Shown: piece after piece, positions 40,608 to 50,119 of the stretch
Numbering within the stretch: the first letter of the stretch is position 1
Layout of the letters: every line of letters starts with the position of its first letter
Source of the DNA: an uncultured Gammaproteobacteria bacterium
GTDB lineage: Bacteria > Patescibacteriota > Patescibacteriia > Buchananbacterales > UBA6539
DNA length: 64,000 nt
NCBI GenBank assembly: GCA_964540635.1
Contig: CAZINP010000005.1
Span: forward strand, 24,890-88,889
Direction of reading: 5' to 3'
The notes under the pieces: model-generated
The model's input: the letters and a program-made list of their open reading frames with translations, nothing else
Databases searched by the model: none
What the model was told of the DNA's origin: nothing
Position numbers and translations under genes: made by a program

Positions 40608-41124
40608 TAAAAAAAAGACAACCATAGTAATATTTGGCATTTTAATTTCAATTTTTCTATTAATTGGCCTAATAAATATCCCAACTGTAAGCGATATTTT
40701 AAAACTAAAAAAGATGATTTATCTGGAGAGGGTCGATTTAGAAAAAAAATATCTACGCAGTCAAGTTTTAAAAAATATATTGAAAGACTTTGAAGAGCTA
40801 AAACCGCAAAGTGAAAAATTTGACAGCCTTTTTGTGCCGCTAGGAAAAGAGTTGGAATTTATTACCGCCATTGAAGAATTTGCAACAATACACAAAATTG
40901 AACAAGAAGTATCAATTGGAAAGACGGTTGATAAAAATGGCATTTATACAATTGCGCCACTAACGATTAAACTTAAAGGAAGTTTCAATGACACCTTAAA
41001 ATATATCAACGAACTCAATCAAATAACTTATTACTATAATATTTTATCCCTAGCAATGAACAGTGCGGATCAGAATATGGTTCAAACAACTCTTAATGGC
41101 GAAATATACGTTTTAAAAAAATAA
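40600..41124 (+). CDS. pilO: PilO-like protein
   Basis: N-terminal TM, coiled coil, LKGSF motif; follows pilN. Confidence 0.7.
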   Translation: MNNKKKTTIVIFGILISIFLLIGLINIPTVSDILKLKKMIYLERVDLEKKYLRSQVLKNILKDFEELKPQSEKFDSLFVPLGKELEFITAIEEFATIHKIEQEVSIGKTVDKNGIYTIAPLTIKLKGSFNDTLKYINELNQITYYYNILSLAMNSADQNMVQTTLNGEIYVLKK

Positions 41125-41125
41125 T

Positions 41126-41470
41126 ATGGATATAAAACTTCCAAAAATTAATTTCTCTAGATTCAATTATCTCAAATACATAAACTACCTCACCATCGTT
41201 TTGGTTTTGGGAATTTTTGGCTATTTGGGGTATTTCATGTATTTTAATTTATACGAAACTATTGCTGAAGCTCAACAAGTCGTATTACTAAAACAGGAAG
41301 TCGCTCCCGAATCACTTGATGTTGATAAAATAGAAAAGGTCTTGGCTCGTTTAGAAAAAAGAGCAACCAGCACCCAGGCAGTCAATGTTGCAAATATAAA
41401 AAATTTTTTTACCGCTACAAAAAAACAAGAGAGTCTTACAGTACCGACACAAGCAACCTCAACTAACTAA
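41126..41470 (+). CDS. Single-TM hypothetical protein, last gene of the pilus operon
   Basis: 1 nt from pilO; TM near the N-terminus. Confidence 0.6.
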   Translation: MDIKLPKINFSRFNYLKYINYLTIVLVLGIFGYLGYFMYFNLYETIAEAQQVVLLKQEVAPESLDVDKIEKVLARLEKRATSTQAVNVANIKNFFTATKKQESLTVPTQATSTN

Positions 41471-41473
41471 ATT

Positions 41474-41507
41474 AAAAAAACAGCCCCGGGCTCGGGGCTG
41501 TTTTTTT
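41474..41507. terminator. Bidirectional intrinsic terminator
   Basis: A7-CAGCCCCG GGCT CGGGGCTG-T7. Confidence 0.9.
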
Positions 41508-41509
41508 AA

Positions 41510-42673
41510 TTATTTTATTGGTGACATTTTTCTAAGCTTTTCAATAATACCGGGCAAGACCTCAATTAACTTATCAATTTCCTTTTCTGTATTATACTTG
41601 CCCAAAGTAATCCTTAGACTACCGTGAGCCAAAAGCACATCAATCCCTAACGCCAAAAGAACATGCGAGGGCGACAATGAGCCGGAAGAGCAAGCCGAAC
41701 CGGTGGAAACCGCAATACCTTCTTGGTCTAAAAGTAAAAGCATACTTTCACCTTCCACGCCATAAAAACTAAAGTGGGCATTTGAAGGCACACGACTATC
41801 AATACTGCCATTAAGCTGTGACTTGGGGATTTTCTTTAAAATTTGGGAAACCAGTTTGTCGCGTAAAATCTTTATCTTTTCGTTATTTTTTTTATCCTGA
41901 GCAATCAATTCAATGGCCTTTGATATACCAACTATTCCTGGAACATTAAGGGTGCCGGGACGAACGCCACTTTCTTGATGGCCACCAAAAATTATCGGCT
42001 TTAGTGGTGTGCCAATTCTTTTGTATAAAATACCAATGCCTTTTGGACCATAAATTTTATGCCCCGAAATTGAAACAAGATCAACACCTAAATTATCAAC
42101 CTTCATTTCACAATAATTTACTGCCTGGACAGCATCTGTGTGAAAATAAATCCGCTCTTTACGACTCTTGTTAAAATCGCTTAACCATTCACCTATTTGA
42201 ACAATCGGCTGAATTGAGCCAATCTCATTATTCACATACATTATTGATATTAACTTCGTATTTTCTTTTATAGCTTCCTTAACAAACTCAAGTGTAACCA
42301 AACCATCATTATTTACAGGCAAATAGGTTACCTGAATGCCGCGATTTTCTGCTTCTTTTGCCGCTTCCAAAATTGCCGGATGTTCAATTTGAGTCGTAAT
42401 TATATGATCACCTTTTTGGGGCAAACCAAAAATTACCAAATTATCACTTTCTGTTGCGCCTGATGTAAAAAAAACCTCTTTTGTTTTACACCCTAAAAAA
42501 TCAGCAACTTTTTCTCTGGCCTCATCCACTGCCGCGATTGCCGCTTGACCATAGCCGTGGATTGAGGAAGCATTACCAAAATTATCCGAAAAAAATGGTT
42601 CCATCGCTTTTAGAACATTTTTATCTACAGGCGTGGTGGCAGAGTTATCAAAATAAATTTTGGTTTTAAACAT
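41510..42673 (-). CDS. iscS: Cysteine desulfurase (IscS/NifS)
   Basis: YFDNSATT, GNASSIH, SGHKIYGPKG and STGSACSS motifs. Confidence 0.95.
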   Translation of the reverse strand: MFKTKIYFDNSATTPVDKNVLKAMEPFFSDNFGNASSIHGYGQAAIAAVDEAREKVADFLGCKTKEVFFTSGATESDNLVIFGLPQKGDHIITTQIEHPAILEAAKEAENRGIQVTYLPVNNDGLVTLEFVKEAIKENTKLISIMYVNNEIGSIQPIVQIGEWLSDFNKSRKERIYFHTDAVQAVNYCEMKVDNLGVDLVSISGHKIYGPKGIGILYKRIGTPLKPIIFGGHQESGVRPGTLNVPGIVGISKAIELIAQDKKNNEKIKILRDKLVSQILKKIPKSQLNGSIDSRVPSNAHFSFYGVEGESMLLLLDQEGIAVSTGSACSSGSLSPSHVLLALGIDVLLAHGSLRITLGKYNTEKEIDKLIEVLPGIIEKLRKMSPIK

Positions 42674-42690
42674 AATTTTTTCTTTAAAAA

Positions 42691-42918
42691 TTATACCGCT
42701 TCAATATCTTTGAAACCTTCAACCTTCGCTTTTAAAACTCGGCCGATTCCTTCTTTAAGGGTAAGCGAAGACATCGGGCAATGAGAGCACGCTCCTTGAA
42801 GTTTAACTTTAACGATACCGCTTTTTTCGTCAACATCAACCAAATCAACATCACCGCCATCAGCTTGCAGGCTTGGCCTGATTTGATCTAAAATTTTTTT
42901 TACTTCTTCTTTTTTCAT
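42691..42918 (-). CDS. NifU C-terminal (Nfu) Fe-S carrier
   Basis: IRPSLQADGGD and GACSHCP motifs. Confidence 0.92.
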   Translation of the reverse strand: MKKEEVKKILDQIRPSLQADGGDVDLVDVDEKSGIVKVKLQGACSHCPMSSLTLKEGIGRVLKAKVEGFKDIEAV

Positions 42919-42934
42919 AAATTAAATTTAATTA

Positions 42935-43387
42935 TTATTCATGAAAACATTCAACAATTTTCGTATTTTTAATTTCCGGATAATTATCGATTACCCCCTG
43001 GTTTTCTAAAAAATTTTTTATCGCCACTTTCAACCCGTCGGAAGCCAAAACCGAGCAATGAATCTTTACCGGCGGCAATTCACCAAGCTGACTGACTATG
43101 TCCTTTTTCTCCAAATTAAAAGCTTCAGAAAGGGTCTTGCCCTTAACCATTTCGGTTGATGCCGAAGAACAAGCAATGGCAGCCGCGCAACCAAGTGTTT
43201 CAAATTTTATGTCTTCAATAATATCATTTAAACGATTATCACCATCACTCTTCTTTATTTTAAGATATATTTTCATGACGTCACCGCACAACGGATTTCC
43301 AACTTCCCCAATTGCATCAGCACCAAGTATCTGGCCCTGATTTCTTGGGTTGGAAAAATGATCCATTACTTCTTTTGAATATGCCAT
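42935..43387 (-). CDS. iscU: Fe-S scaffold IscU/NifU-N
   Basis: DHFSNPRN, GNPLCGD, GCAAAIA and KIHCS motifs. Confidence 0.93.
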   Translation of the reverse strand: MAYSKEVMDHFSNPRNQGQILGADAIGEVGNPLCGDVMKIYLKIKKSDGDNRLNDIIEDIKFETLGCAAAIACSSASTEMVKGKTLSEAFNLEKKDIVSQLGELPPVKIHCSVLASDGLKVAIKNFLENQGVIDNYPEIKNTKIVECFHE

Positions 43388-43393
43388 ACAAAT

Positions 43394-43792
43394 TTAAATT
43401 AAATCAATTAGATTCATTGATTTTAAGCTATCAAGAATTGCTGCCTGAACTTTTTGATAAACCTGACCGGACGGACAGTCTTTTTTATTACAAATTAAGC
43501 CTCCTCCGTCGTTTAAGCAGTGAAAGACTGATACTGACCCCTCAAGCGCCTCTATAACGTTCAAAATTGAGATTTTTGAGGGCTCTTCGGCTAAAATATA
43601 CCCACCAGCCACACCCTTGGAACTAAGCAAAATACCGGCCTTTTTTAGTCTGGAAAAAATCCTCTCCAAATAAGGCTGGGAAATATTTTCCTCGGCCGCC
43701 AGCTTAGTAAGGGAATAAGGCTCTTGGCCATAGCGCCTGGCCAAATTGGCCAAAGCCCTTAAGCCGTAAGAAGATCTGGTTGAAAATTTCAT
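43394..43792 (-). CDS. Rrf2 family regulator (IscR-like)
   Basis: YLERIF..LK.AG..S.KG..GGY motif and three Cys; start taken at MKFST. Confidence 0.9.
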   Translation of the reverse strand: MKFSTRSSYGLRALANLARRYGQEPYSLTKLAAEENISQPYLERIFSRLKKAGILLSSKGVAGGYILAEEPSKISILNVIEALEGSVSVFHCLNDGGGLICNKKDCPSGQVYQKVQAAILDSLKSMNLIDLI

Positions 43793-43850
43793 AATACCTA
43801 CCAAATTAGTTGGTTATTATAAATAATAACACATCTAGCCGATGTGTCAA
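43790..43850 (-). promoter_or_regulatory. Promoter and probable Rrf2 operator of the isc operon
   Basis: TTGACA at 43850-43845; imperfect palindrome ATAATAACCAACTAATTTGGTAGGTATTAT abutting the start codon. Confidence 0.6.
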
Positions 43851-43869
43851 GTTTTATTATGACTTTATT

Positions 43870-44742
43870 TTATCTTCCAACAACAATAATAACCTTTTGG
43901 GTTGAAGTAATTTCTTCGTCAGTCATGCCATCAACAGACAGTTTATGACTCCAATCGTGTATGGCATTTAATAAAACATCATACTTATACCTATAACCAT
44001 CCCCTTTTCTGGTGCCTGGTTCATTTGTAATAAACTCCCCTTTAGTGTCATCAAACCCTCTTATTACCAGCATGTGATAAATTGGTCCCTGCCCGGTAAA
44101 ATTTGGATTTCCAAGTAGCCTGCCCGCAACCGGAACAATCACTAATTTGCCGCCCAAAAGGTATTCTTTTATTTTTTCAATACTGACGTCAAAAGAAGTT
44201 TCGGCGTTTAATTTAAAATAATTATCTAAAATATAAACCGACTCCGAAGCGGTTAAATCAACCAAATACCCATTTTCTTCTTCCCAACTTATTAAATTTA
44301 ATATTCCCTGCTCCATAATATGCGGCGAAAGAGTTTCTTTCTTAAAATATTTATCAACCATAATCATACTGGCTTCCTCGCAAGCTTCTTCGTGTAGGTC
44401 ATCCCAATTGGCAAACGGCGCCTGGCTAGCAAATAGTACTGGTAAATCAAAAAAAGTTGGCATCTCATCTTTAGCGGTGGTTGTTGGGCTTTCGTTAGAA
44501 ATTATAACCTCCTCTTTCGATTCTTTAATCTTTGTGTCTACGGCCGCTCTTTCCTCTTCCGCTATCCTTTGTTTTAAAACTTCCTGATCAACCGCCTTAG
44601 GTACACTGCTTGTAGTGCTAGCCTGATTAATTTGATCGGCCGAAGGCGAAATATCATCAGTATTTAATATTAAATCTTTGGCGTTTTGGCAGCCAAAAAG
44701 CAGTAAAAATGGCAAAATTAAGTGAAAAAATTTTATTTTCAT
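43870..44742 (-). CDS. Putative lipoprotein with a C39-like peptidase domain
   Basis: LLFGC lipobox-like motif, SQAP...EACEEAS catalytic Cys, HMLVIRG, NEPG. Confidence 0.75.
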   Translation of the reverse strand: MKIKFFHLILPFLLLFGCQNAKDLILNTDDISPSADQINQASTTSSVPKAVDQEVLKQRIAEEERAAVDTKIKESKEEVIISNESPTTTAKDEMPTFFDLPVLFASQAPFANWDDLHEEACEEASMIMVDKYFKKETLSPHIMEQGILNLISWEEENGYLVDLTASESVYILDNYFKLNAETSFDVSIEKIKEYLLGGKLVIVPVAGRLLGNPNFTGQGPIYHMLVIRGFDDTKGEFITNEPGTRKGDGYRYKYDVLLNAIHDWSHKLSVDGMTDEEITSTQKVIIVVGR

Positions 44743-44872
44743 ATAACTAATTATAATATTTTGTTAAATAATAAGCAATAATTGGGTAAATATTGACAAT
44801 AACCAGCTAATAGTTTATACTATATTTATCTAAATTTCCGCAGATATGCGGAACTATTAATTAATCAGTCTT

Positions 44873-45157
44873 ATGGCTCATAAGAAAGCGGGCGGCAGTA
44901 CTAGTTTAGGCCGCGATTCGCAATCCAAACGGCTTGGTACCAAACTGTATGCCGGTGAATTCGCGAAAGTCGGCAGCATCATTGTCCGCCAACGTGGTTC
45001 AAAAATCAGACCTGGCATTAATGTCAAAAAAGGTAAAGATGATACTCTTTTTGCTTTGGCCGCCGGTTTGGTTAAGTTTACCAGAAAAAAGATCAAAAAA
45101 TTCAACGGCGAGTTGGAATGGGCGAAATACGCCAACGTAGTTCCGGCTAAAAAATAA
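44873..45157 (+). CDS. rpmA: 50S ribosomal protein L27
   Basis: [14 protein letters not shown] and IIVRQRG motifs. Confidence 0.98.
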   Translation: MAHKKAGGSTSLGRDSQSKRLGTKLYAGEFAKVGSIIVRQRGSKIRPGINVKKGKDDTLFALAAGLVKFTRKKIKKFNGELEWAKYANVVPAKK

Positions 45158-45202
45158 AAAATCAGGCATTTGATTAAAAACCAATACCTGGTTTTTTATT
45201 TT

Positions 45203-45250
45203 AATCAATTTTAAAGAACCTGCCGTTTGGCAGGTTCTTTAAAATTGATT
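45203..45250. terminator. 22-bp perfect inverted repeat between convergent rpmA and pyrG
   Basis: AATCAATTTTAAAGAACCTGCC GTTT GGCAGGTTCTTTAAAATTGATT. Confidence 0.75.
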
Positions 45251-45260
45251 TTTCAATTAT

Positions 45261-46886
45261 TTATTTTTTGTTCTTAACGGCCGCGGCCACAAGTCCAACA
45301 AAAAGCGGATGCGGATGCAATGGCCTTGATTTTAATTCCGGATGAAACTGCGTACCGACAAAAAACGAATGTTTTGGAACCTCAATAATCTCGACCAACT
45401 TCTTGTCTGGCGAAAGGCCGGCCAACAACAAACCTTTTTTAATCAGCTTTGATCGGAAATCATTATTAAATTCATAGCGATGACGATGTCTTTCGCTTAT
45501 GCGACCATTTCCATAAAGCTTAAAGCTGTTAGAATTCTTGTCCAAGATACAAGGGTAAGCGCCTAGTCTCATAGTGTTTCCATACTGATTGTGTGCCAAC
45601 TTTTCAGCCTGGTCGGGCATAATATGTATTACCGGAAATTTTGTCTTCGGATCAATTTCGGTAGTGTTGGCGCCTGTCATGCCGCAAACGTTTCTGGCAA
45701 ATTCAATGGTGGCAAGCTGCATTCCATAGCATAACCCTAAAAATGGAATATTATTTTCACGAGCAAATTTAATGGCCTTGATTTTCCCTTCAATACCTCT
45801 TTTGCCAAAACCGCCAGGCACAACAATGCCGTCGTAGCCTTTTAGCTCTTTAACTAAATTCGGCTGAGATTCGTAGGCATCGGAATTAATCCAATCAATC
45901 TTAACCTTAACCTTATTTGCCCAAGCAGCGTGCTTTAATGATTCAATAACCGAAATGTAAGCATCGGGCAAAATAAAATCTCCGGTCGCAAAATATTTAC
46001 CAACAATACCAATCTTAATCTCTTTTGTAACCGTCTTAATGCTTCTGACCATGTTCTGCCACTCTTTCAGATCACATTTTTTTGATTTTAAATTAAGTTT
46101 CTTTAAAATCCTATCTCCAAATTTTTCTTTTTCTAAAATCAACGGTACCTCATAAATCGAAGAGGCGTCAGGAGCAGATATAATGTCTTCCTTGGAAACA
46201 TTGCAAAAAGTGGCAATCTTTTTTTTGCGCGGCTCGTCAACAACCTGGCTGGCGCGACAAACAATAAAATCCGGCTGTATACCGGTAGCATTGACCTGGG
46301 AAACGGCATACTGGGTCGGCTTGGTTTTCATTTCGCCTAAAGTTGAAGGAATTGGCAAGTAGCTTACCAAAATAAATAACACATCTTCCGGATTATTATA
46401 ATGCATCATTCTGCCAGCCTCCAAATATAAAATATTCTGATACTCACCAACGGTTCCGCCAATTTCAACAATGGTAATGTCAGCCTTACTTTTTTTGGCC
46501 GCATTTTTTATTCGTCTGATAACTTCCTCTGGAATATGAGGAACCGCTTCAACACATTTGCCGCCATATTCCAGGTTTCTCTCTCGATTAATAACTGACT
46601 GGTAAACTCTGCCGGAAGTCATATAATTATCACGGCCAATGTCAATATTTAAGAATCTTTCATAATTACCAATATCTTGATCGGTTTCATCGCCATCGTC
46701 AGTCACAAAAACCTCACCATGTTCAACCGGGTTCATGGTGCCGGCATCAACGTTAATGTAAGGATCAATCTTCATGGCCGTAACCTTGTATCCCCTGGCC
46801 TGCAAGATCTTTCCGATTGAGGCAGAAGTAACGCCCTTGCCAACGCCGGACATCACCCCACCCATCACAAAAATAAATTTTGACAT
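45261..46886 (-). CDS. pyrG: CTP synthase
   Basis: GGVMSGVGKG, KIDPYINVD, GLCYGMQ, ERHRHRYE and QFHPE motifs. Confidence 0.98.
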   Translation of the reverse strand: MSKFIFVMGGVMSGVGKGVTSASIGKILQARGYKVTAMKIDPYINVDAGTMNPVEHGEVFVTDDGDETDQDIGNYERFLNIDIGRDNYMTSGRVYQSVINRERNLEYGGKCVEAVPHIPEEVIRRIKNAAKKSKADITIVEIGGTVGEYQNILYLEAGRMMHYNNPEDVLFILVSYLPIPSTLGEMKTKPTQYAVSQVNATGIQPDFIVCRASQVVDEPRKKKIATFCNVSKEDIISAPDASSIYEVPLILEKEKFGDRILKKLNLKSKKCDLKEWQNMVRSIKTVTKEIKIGIVGKYFATGDFILPDAYISVIESLKHAAWANKVKVKIDWINSDAYESQPNLVKELKGYDGIVVPGGFGKRGIEGKIKAIKFARENNIPFLGLCYGMQLATIEFARNVCGMTGANTTEIDPKTKFPVIHIMPDQAEKLAHNQYGNTMRLGAYPCILDKNSNSFKLYGNGRISERHRHRYEFNNDFRSKLIKKGLLLAGLSPDKKLVEIIEVPKHSFFVGTQFHPELKSRPLHPHPLFVGLVAAAVKNKK

Positions 46887-46998
46887 AATTGCTATTTTTA
46901 TTAATATTTAACAAAATTAATTAACATCCCAATAAAGCGACAGACCCACCGGTGCTCGGTGGGCCTTGGGTCAAGAGTATTTGATTTTCTTGGTATGA

Positions 46999-47451
46999 TT
47001 ATTCACTTTTTCCTTCTCGAGTAATTATTAAAACAATATTGGCTTCTAAGCCGTGGTCAAGATCAACTTTAACCTCAAATTCGCCCAATTCTTTAATATG
47101 ACTAGCTTTAATATTTTCTTTTTTAACCTCAAAGCCTTTGGATTTTAGAACGGCCGCAATTTTAGCAGCCGACAAAGAAGCGTAAAGAGTGCCTTCTTCT
47201 GAAGCTCGGGCCGGAATTTCAAATGATTGGCCTTCCAATTTTGCCGCCAGGGCTTGATATTTCTCCAATTCAGCCTTGGCGTTTTCAGCTTTTTTAGCCA
47301 TTTTTTCCTCGGCTAACTTAATTTTTTCGGCCGTGGCTTCATCAGCTAATTTCTGAGGAAATAAATAATTTCTGGCATAACCAATAGCTACTTCCTTAAT
47401 ATCACCCTCATTGCCTAAACCCTTGATATTTTTCAATAAAATGACTTTCAT
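46999..47451 (-). CDS. rplI: 50S ribosomal protein L9
   Basis: MKVILL..GLG..G...[10 protein letters not shown] motif. Confidence 0.96.
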   Translation of the reverse strand: MKVILLKNIKGLGNEGDIKEVAIGYARNYLFPQKLADEATAEKIKLAEEKMAKKAENAKAELEKYQALAAKLEGQSFEIPARASEEGTLYASLSAAKIAAVLKSKGFEVKKENIKASHIKELGEFEVKVDLDHGLEANIVLIITREGKSE

Positions 47452-47457
47452 AGGAAT

Positions 47458-47733
47458 CTAATATTTAATCGTAAAATCAGAAAACTCGCCGGTCGGCTTT
47501 GACCAGCTTTGGTCAATTTTCTGTACCCTCGCAAAACTTATACCATTATAGCAGAAGTCGATAAAATCTTTCAAGTCCCCCTCATCCCCTTCGGCTAAAA
47601 CAAAAACCTTACTATTTGGGTCATTCTTAACCCAGCCGGTCAGATTTAATCTTTTTGCCTTGCTTAAAGCTGAATAGCGAAAACCAACCCCCTGGACAAC
47701 CCCCGATATACCCAGCTCAACTCTTTTTAACAT
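47458..47733 (-). CDS. acyP: Acylphosphatase
   Basis: GVVQGVGFR and GWVKN motifs. Confidence 0.93.
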   Translation of the reverse strand: MLKRVELGISGVVQGVGFRYSALSKAKRLNLTGWVKNDPNSKVFVLAEGDEGDLKDFIDFCYNGISFARVQKIDQSWSKPTGEFSDFTIKY

Positions 47734-49174
47734 ATAACTTATTTACAAAACCATTAACTGCATCAACCTCAATAATTTCACCATCAGAAATAATTTTTGT
47801 TGCATTTTTTGTACCAATAATACATGGGATTTTTAATTCACGGGCGACAATTGCCGCATGACAAGTTAATCCGCCTTCGTCCGTTACGATTGCTTTGGCT
47901 TTTTTCATTATTGGCAACATTTCCGGTCTGGTCATACCGGTTACCAATATGTCGCCATTTTTCATTTTAGAAAAACCGCTAACCCCAAAAATAATCCTGG
48001 CACGGCCTATAGCTTTACCACTACTGGCCACCATTCCAAATATTTTATTTTGTTTTTTATGAGTAAATATGAATTCCTTAGGTATTTTTTTAATATTATT
48101 TTTTCCTTTTAAAATCCTAGGCTTTTTGTTTTTAAAATTAAAATCAAAATAAATAAATTCTTTGCGTTTTTTGATTTCTAATGGAGTAATTTTTTTATTT
48201 TTAATAAGCTTTATAATTTCAGCCGCGGTAAAAAATTGTAAATCATTTAAAGAATAACCAAAACGTTTTCCTAACTCCTGACGAATATCATCAGAATAAT
48301 AAATTGTCTTTACGAATAATTCTTTTCTTATATCGTGCCACGGACCGACATCGTCAATTAAACGAATTATATTTACTGCCGATTTACTTAAATTATGATC
48401 TTTTATTATCTTCTCCTTCCTGGATTCAATTGCCTTAGAATAATTGTATAAGTGTTTAAATTCTTTTTTTAAATTATTTATATTAGAACCATATTGCCCA
48501 ATCCTTAGTTTAAAAAAATTTTTATTAATCACTTTTTTGCCGTCGTGGCCGGTCATTAACCATTCATATTTTTTACAATGTTTGTATAAATCAACTTTAA
48601 TATCTTTACCGGATATTTTTTTGATCGCAATTTTAATCAAATCTCTTGATTCAAGATTTAGATAACTTGGCTTAGAGATCGCGGCTAAATCAGCCAAATC
48701 ATTTTTAGACAGCTGCCAGGATTTAAAAGTTTTTTGAAAAATTTGAGGAAAAACGAAATCAAACGGTTCGGCAAAAAAACCAATAGAAAAATTTTCTTTA
48801 TAATTTTCAGTAAAAATTTCTAAATACTCAAAAAGTCGATCAACCGTCAAAGAACTAACATCGCTTGATTGATAATCTTTAATTGTCAAATCGATTTTTT
48901 CTTTCAGTGCTTGATATTGCTTTTCAATATTAAGACGAAATTTTTTGTTTTTGAATTTTTTAAAACATAAATAGCCAATTTTTTCCAATTCAGAAGCCAA
49001 TGTACACCACTTAAACGGTTCGTTGGCGCGAAAAATTACAACATTACGATTAAAACCGAAACCATAAACTTTTCGCATGCCATAGGTCATGGCAATAGCC
49101 GCCTCAGAACAAATCCAATAAATGGATTCAGCTTCATCAATATCCCATTTTTGCTTTTTAACTTCCATTGTCAT
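47717..49174 (-). CDS. PEP-utilising enzyme mobile (phospho-His) domain protein with large N-terminal helical domain, paralog C
   Basis: C-terminal [12 protein letters not shown]...[21 protein letters not shown]; start at 49174 overlaps the upstream stop (ATGA). Confidence 0.85.
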   Translation of the reverse strand: MTMEVKKQKWDIDEAESIYWICSEAAIAMTYGMRKVYGFGFNRNVVIFRANEPFKWCTLASELEKIGYLCFKKFKNKKFRLNIEKQYQALKEKIDLTIKDYQSSDVSSLTVDRLFEYLEIFTENYKENFSIGFFAEPFDFVFPQIFQKTFKSWQLSKNDLADLAAISKPSYLNLESRDLIKIAIKKISGKDIKVDLYKHCKKYEWLMTGHDGKKVINKNFFKLRIGQYGSNINNLKKEFKHLYNYSKAIESRKEKIIKDHNLSKSAVNIIRLIDDVGPWHDIRKELFVKTIYYSDDIRQELGKRFGYSLNDLQFFTAAEIIKLIKNKKITPLEIKKRKEFIYFDFNFKNKKPRILKGKNNIKKIPKEFIFTHKKQNKIFGMVASSGKAIGRARIIFGVSGFSKMKNGDILVTGMTRPEMLPIMKKAKAIVTDEGGLTCHAAIVARELKIPCIIGTKNATKIISDGEIIEVDAVNGFVNKLYVKKS

Positions 49175-50115
49175 AGGGTGGTTATCGGGCGCGATTGAGT
49201 TATATAAAACTTTCCTCCTGCCATTGCCCACTCAATATCTTGGGGTTTTTTATAATGTTTTTCAATAACCAAACAAATCTTGGAAAACTCAATAATCTGT
49301 TTAGTGTTGAGTTTTTGATTTTCTCTTTCTGATAATAAAACTTTTTTCCAAACGTTACCGCCGGCCACTTTTTTAACAAGCATCTTTTCCTGAGATGAAA
49401 TATTTATATCCATTATGGAAAAATTTCTTTTATCAATCACATAACTGTCAGGCGTTATCTGCCCGGAAACAATTGCTTCACCTAAACCAAAGCCGGCCTC
49501 AATTATCATTTGATTTTTATCCTTGGTAACCGGATGAACGGTAAATGATATGCCGGAAATTTCTGAATCAATCATTTTCTGCACCACCACCGCAACGGAC
49601 ACTTTTGAATTTCTTAAACCTTTTTCAAAACGATAAAATATTGCCCGTGGCGTAAACAAAGAAGACCAACAATTCTTAACTCTACCCAATAGATTTTTTT
49701 CCGTGGTATTAAGATACGTTTCCAACTCCCCCGCCCAACTTGCCTGAGAAGAATCCTCGGCCGTTGCCGAAGAGCGTACAGCCACAAATTTTGACTTCAT
49801 TTTTTTAAATTCTGAAATAATTTCCATTCCAAGATCTTTTGGTATTCTGGCATCATGAATCAAGTCACGAATAGTTTCAGAAGCTTTTTCAACAGAGTTA
49901 ATATTTTTATAATTAATTTTATTCAATTGCGATTCGATTTCTATATTCAAATCGGTTTCGGCTAAAAATTGGTCAAAAGTCTGAGCCAAAATCACAAAAC
50001 CGCCTGGAACCGGGATTTTTGCTTGGGTCATTTCACCCAAAGACGCGCCCTTGCCACCGGCCAATTTTACATCTTTTTTTGAGATTTTTCCAAATGACAA
50101 AATATTTTTTGACAT
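49171..50115 (-). CDS. Stand-alone PEP synthase/PPDK-type ATP-grasp domain protein
   Basis: [48 protein letters not shown]; ends with no His domain or PEP-binding barrel. Confidence 0.88.
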   Translation of the reverse strand: MSKNILSFGKISKKDVKLAGGKGASLGEMTQAKIPVPGGFVILAQTFDQFLAETDLNIEIESQLNKINYKNINSVEKASETIRDLIHDARIPKDLGMEIISEFKKMKSKFVAVRSSATAEDSSQASWAGELETYLNTTEKNLLGRVKNCWSSLFTPRAIFYRFEKGLRNSKVSVAVVVQKMIDSEISGISFTVHPVTKDKNQMIIEAGFGLGEAIVSGQITPDSYVIDKRNFSIMDINISSQEKMLVKKVAGGNVWKKVLLSERENQKLNTKQIIEFSKICLVIEKHYKKPQDIEWAMAGGKFYITQSRPITTL

Positions 50116-50119
50116 AATA

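Noticed and set aside
45203-45250. MITE or mobile-element end
   Set aside because: Single copy in the window with no target duplication; its position fits a terminator between convergent genes.
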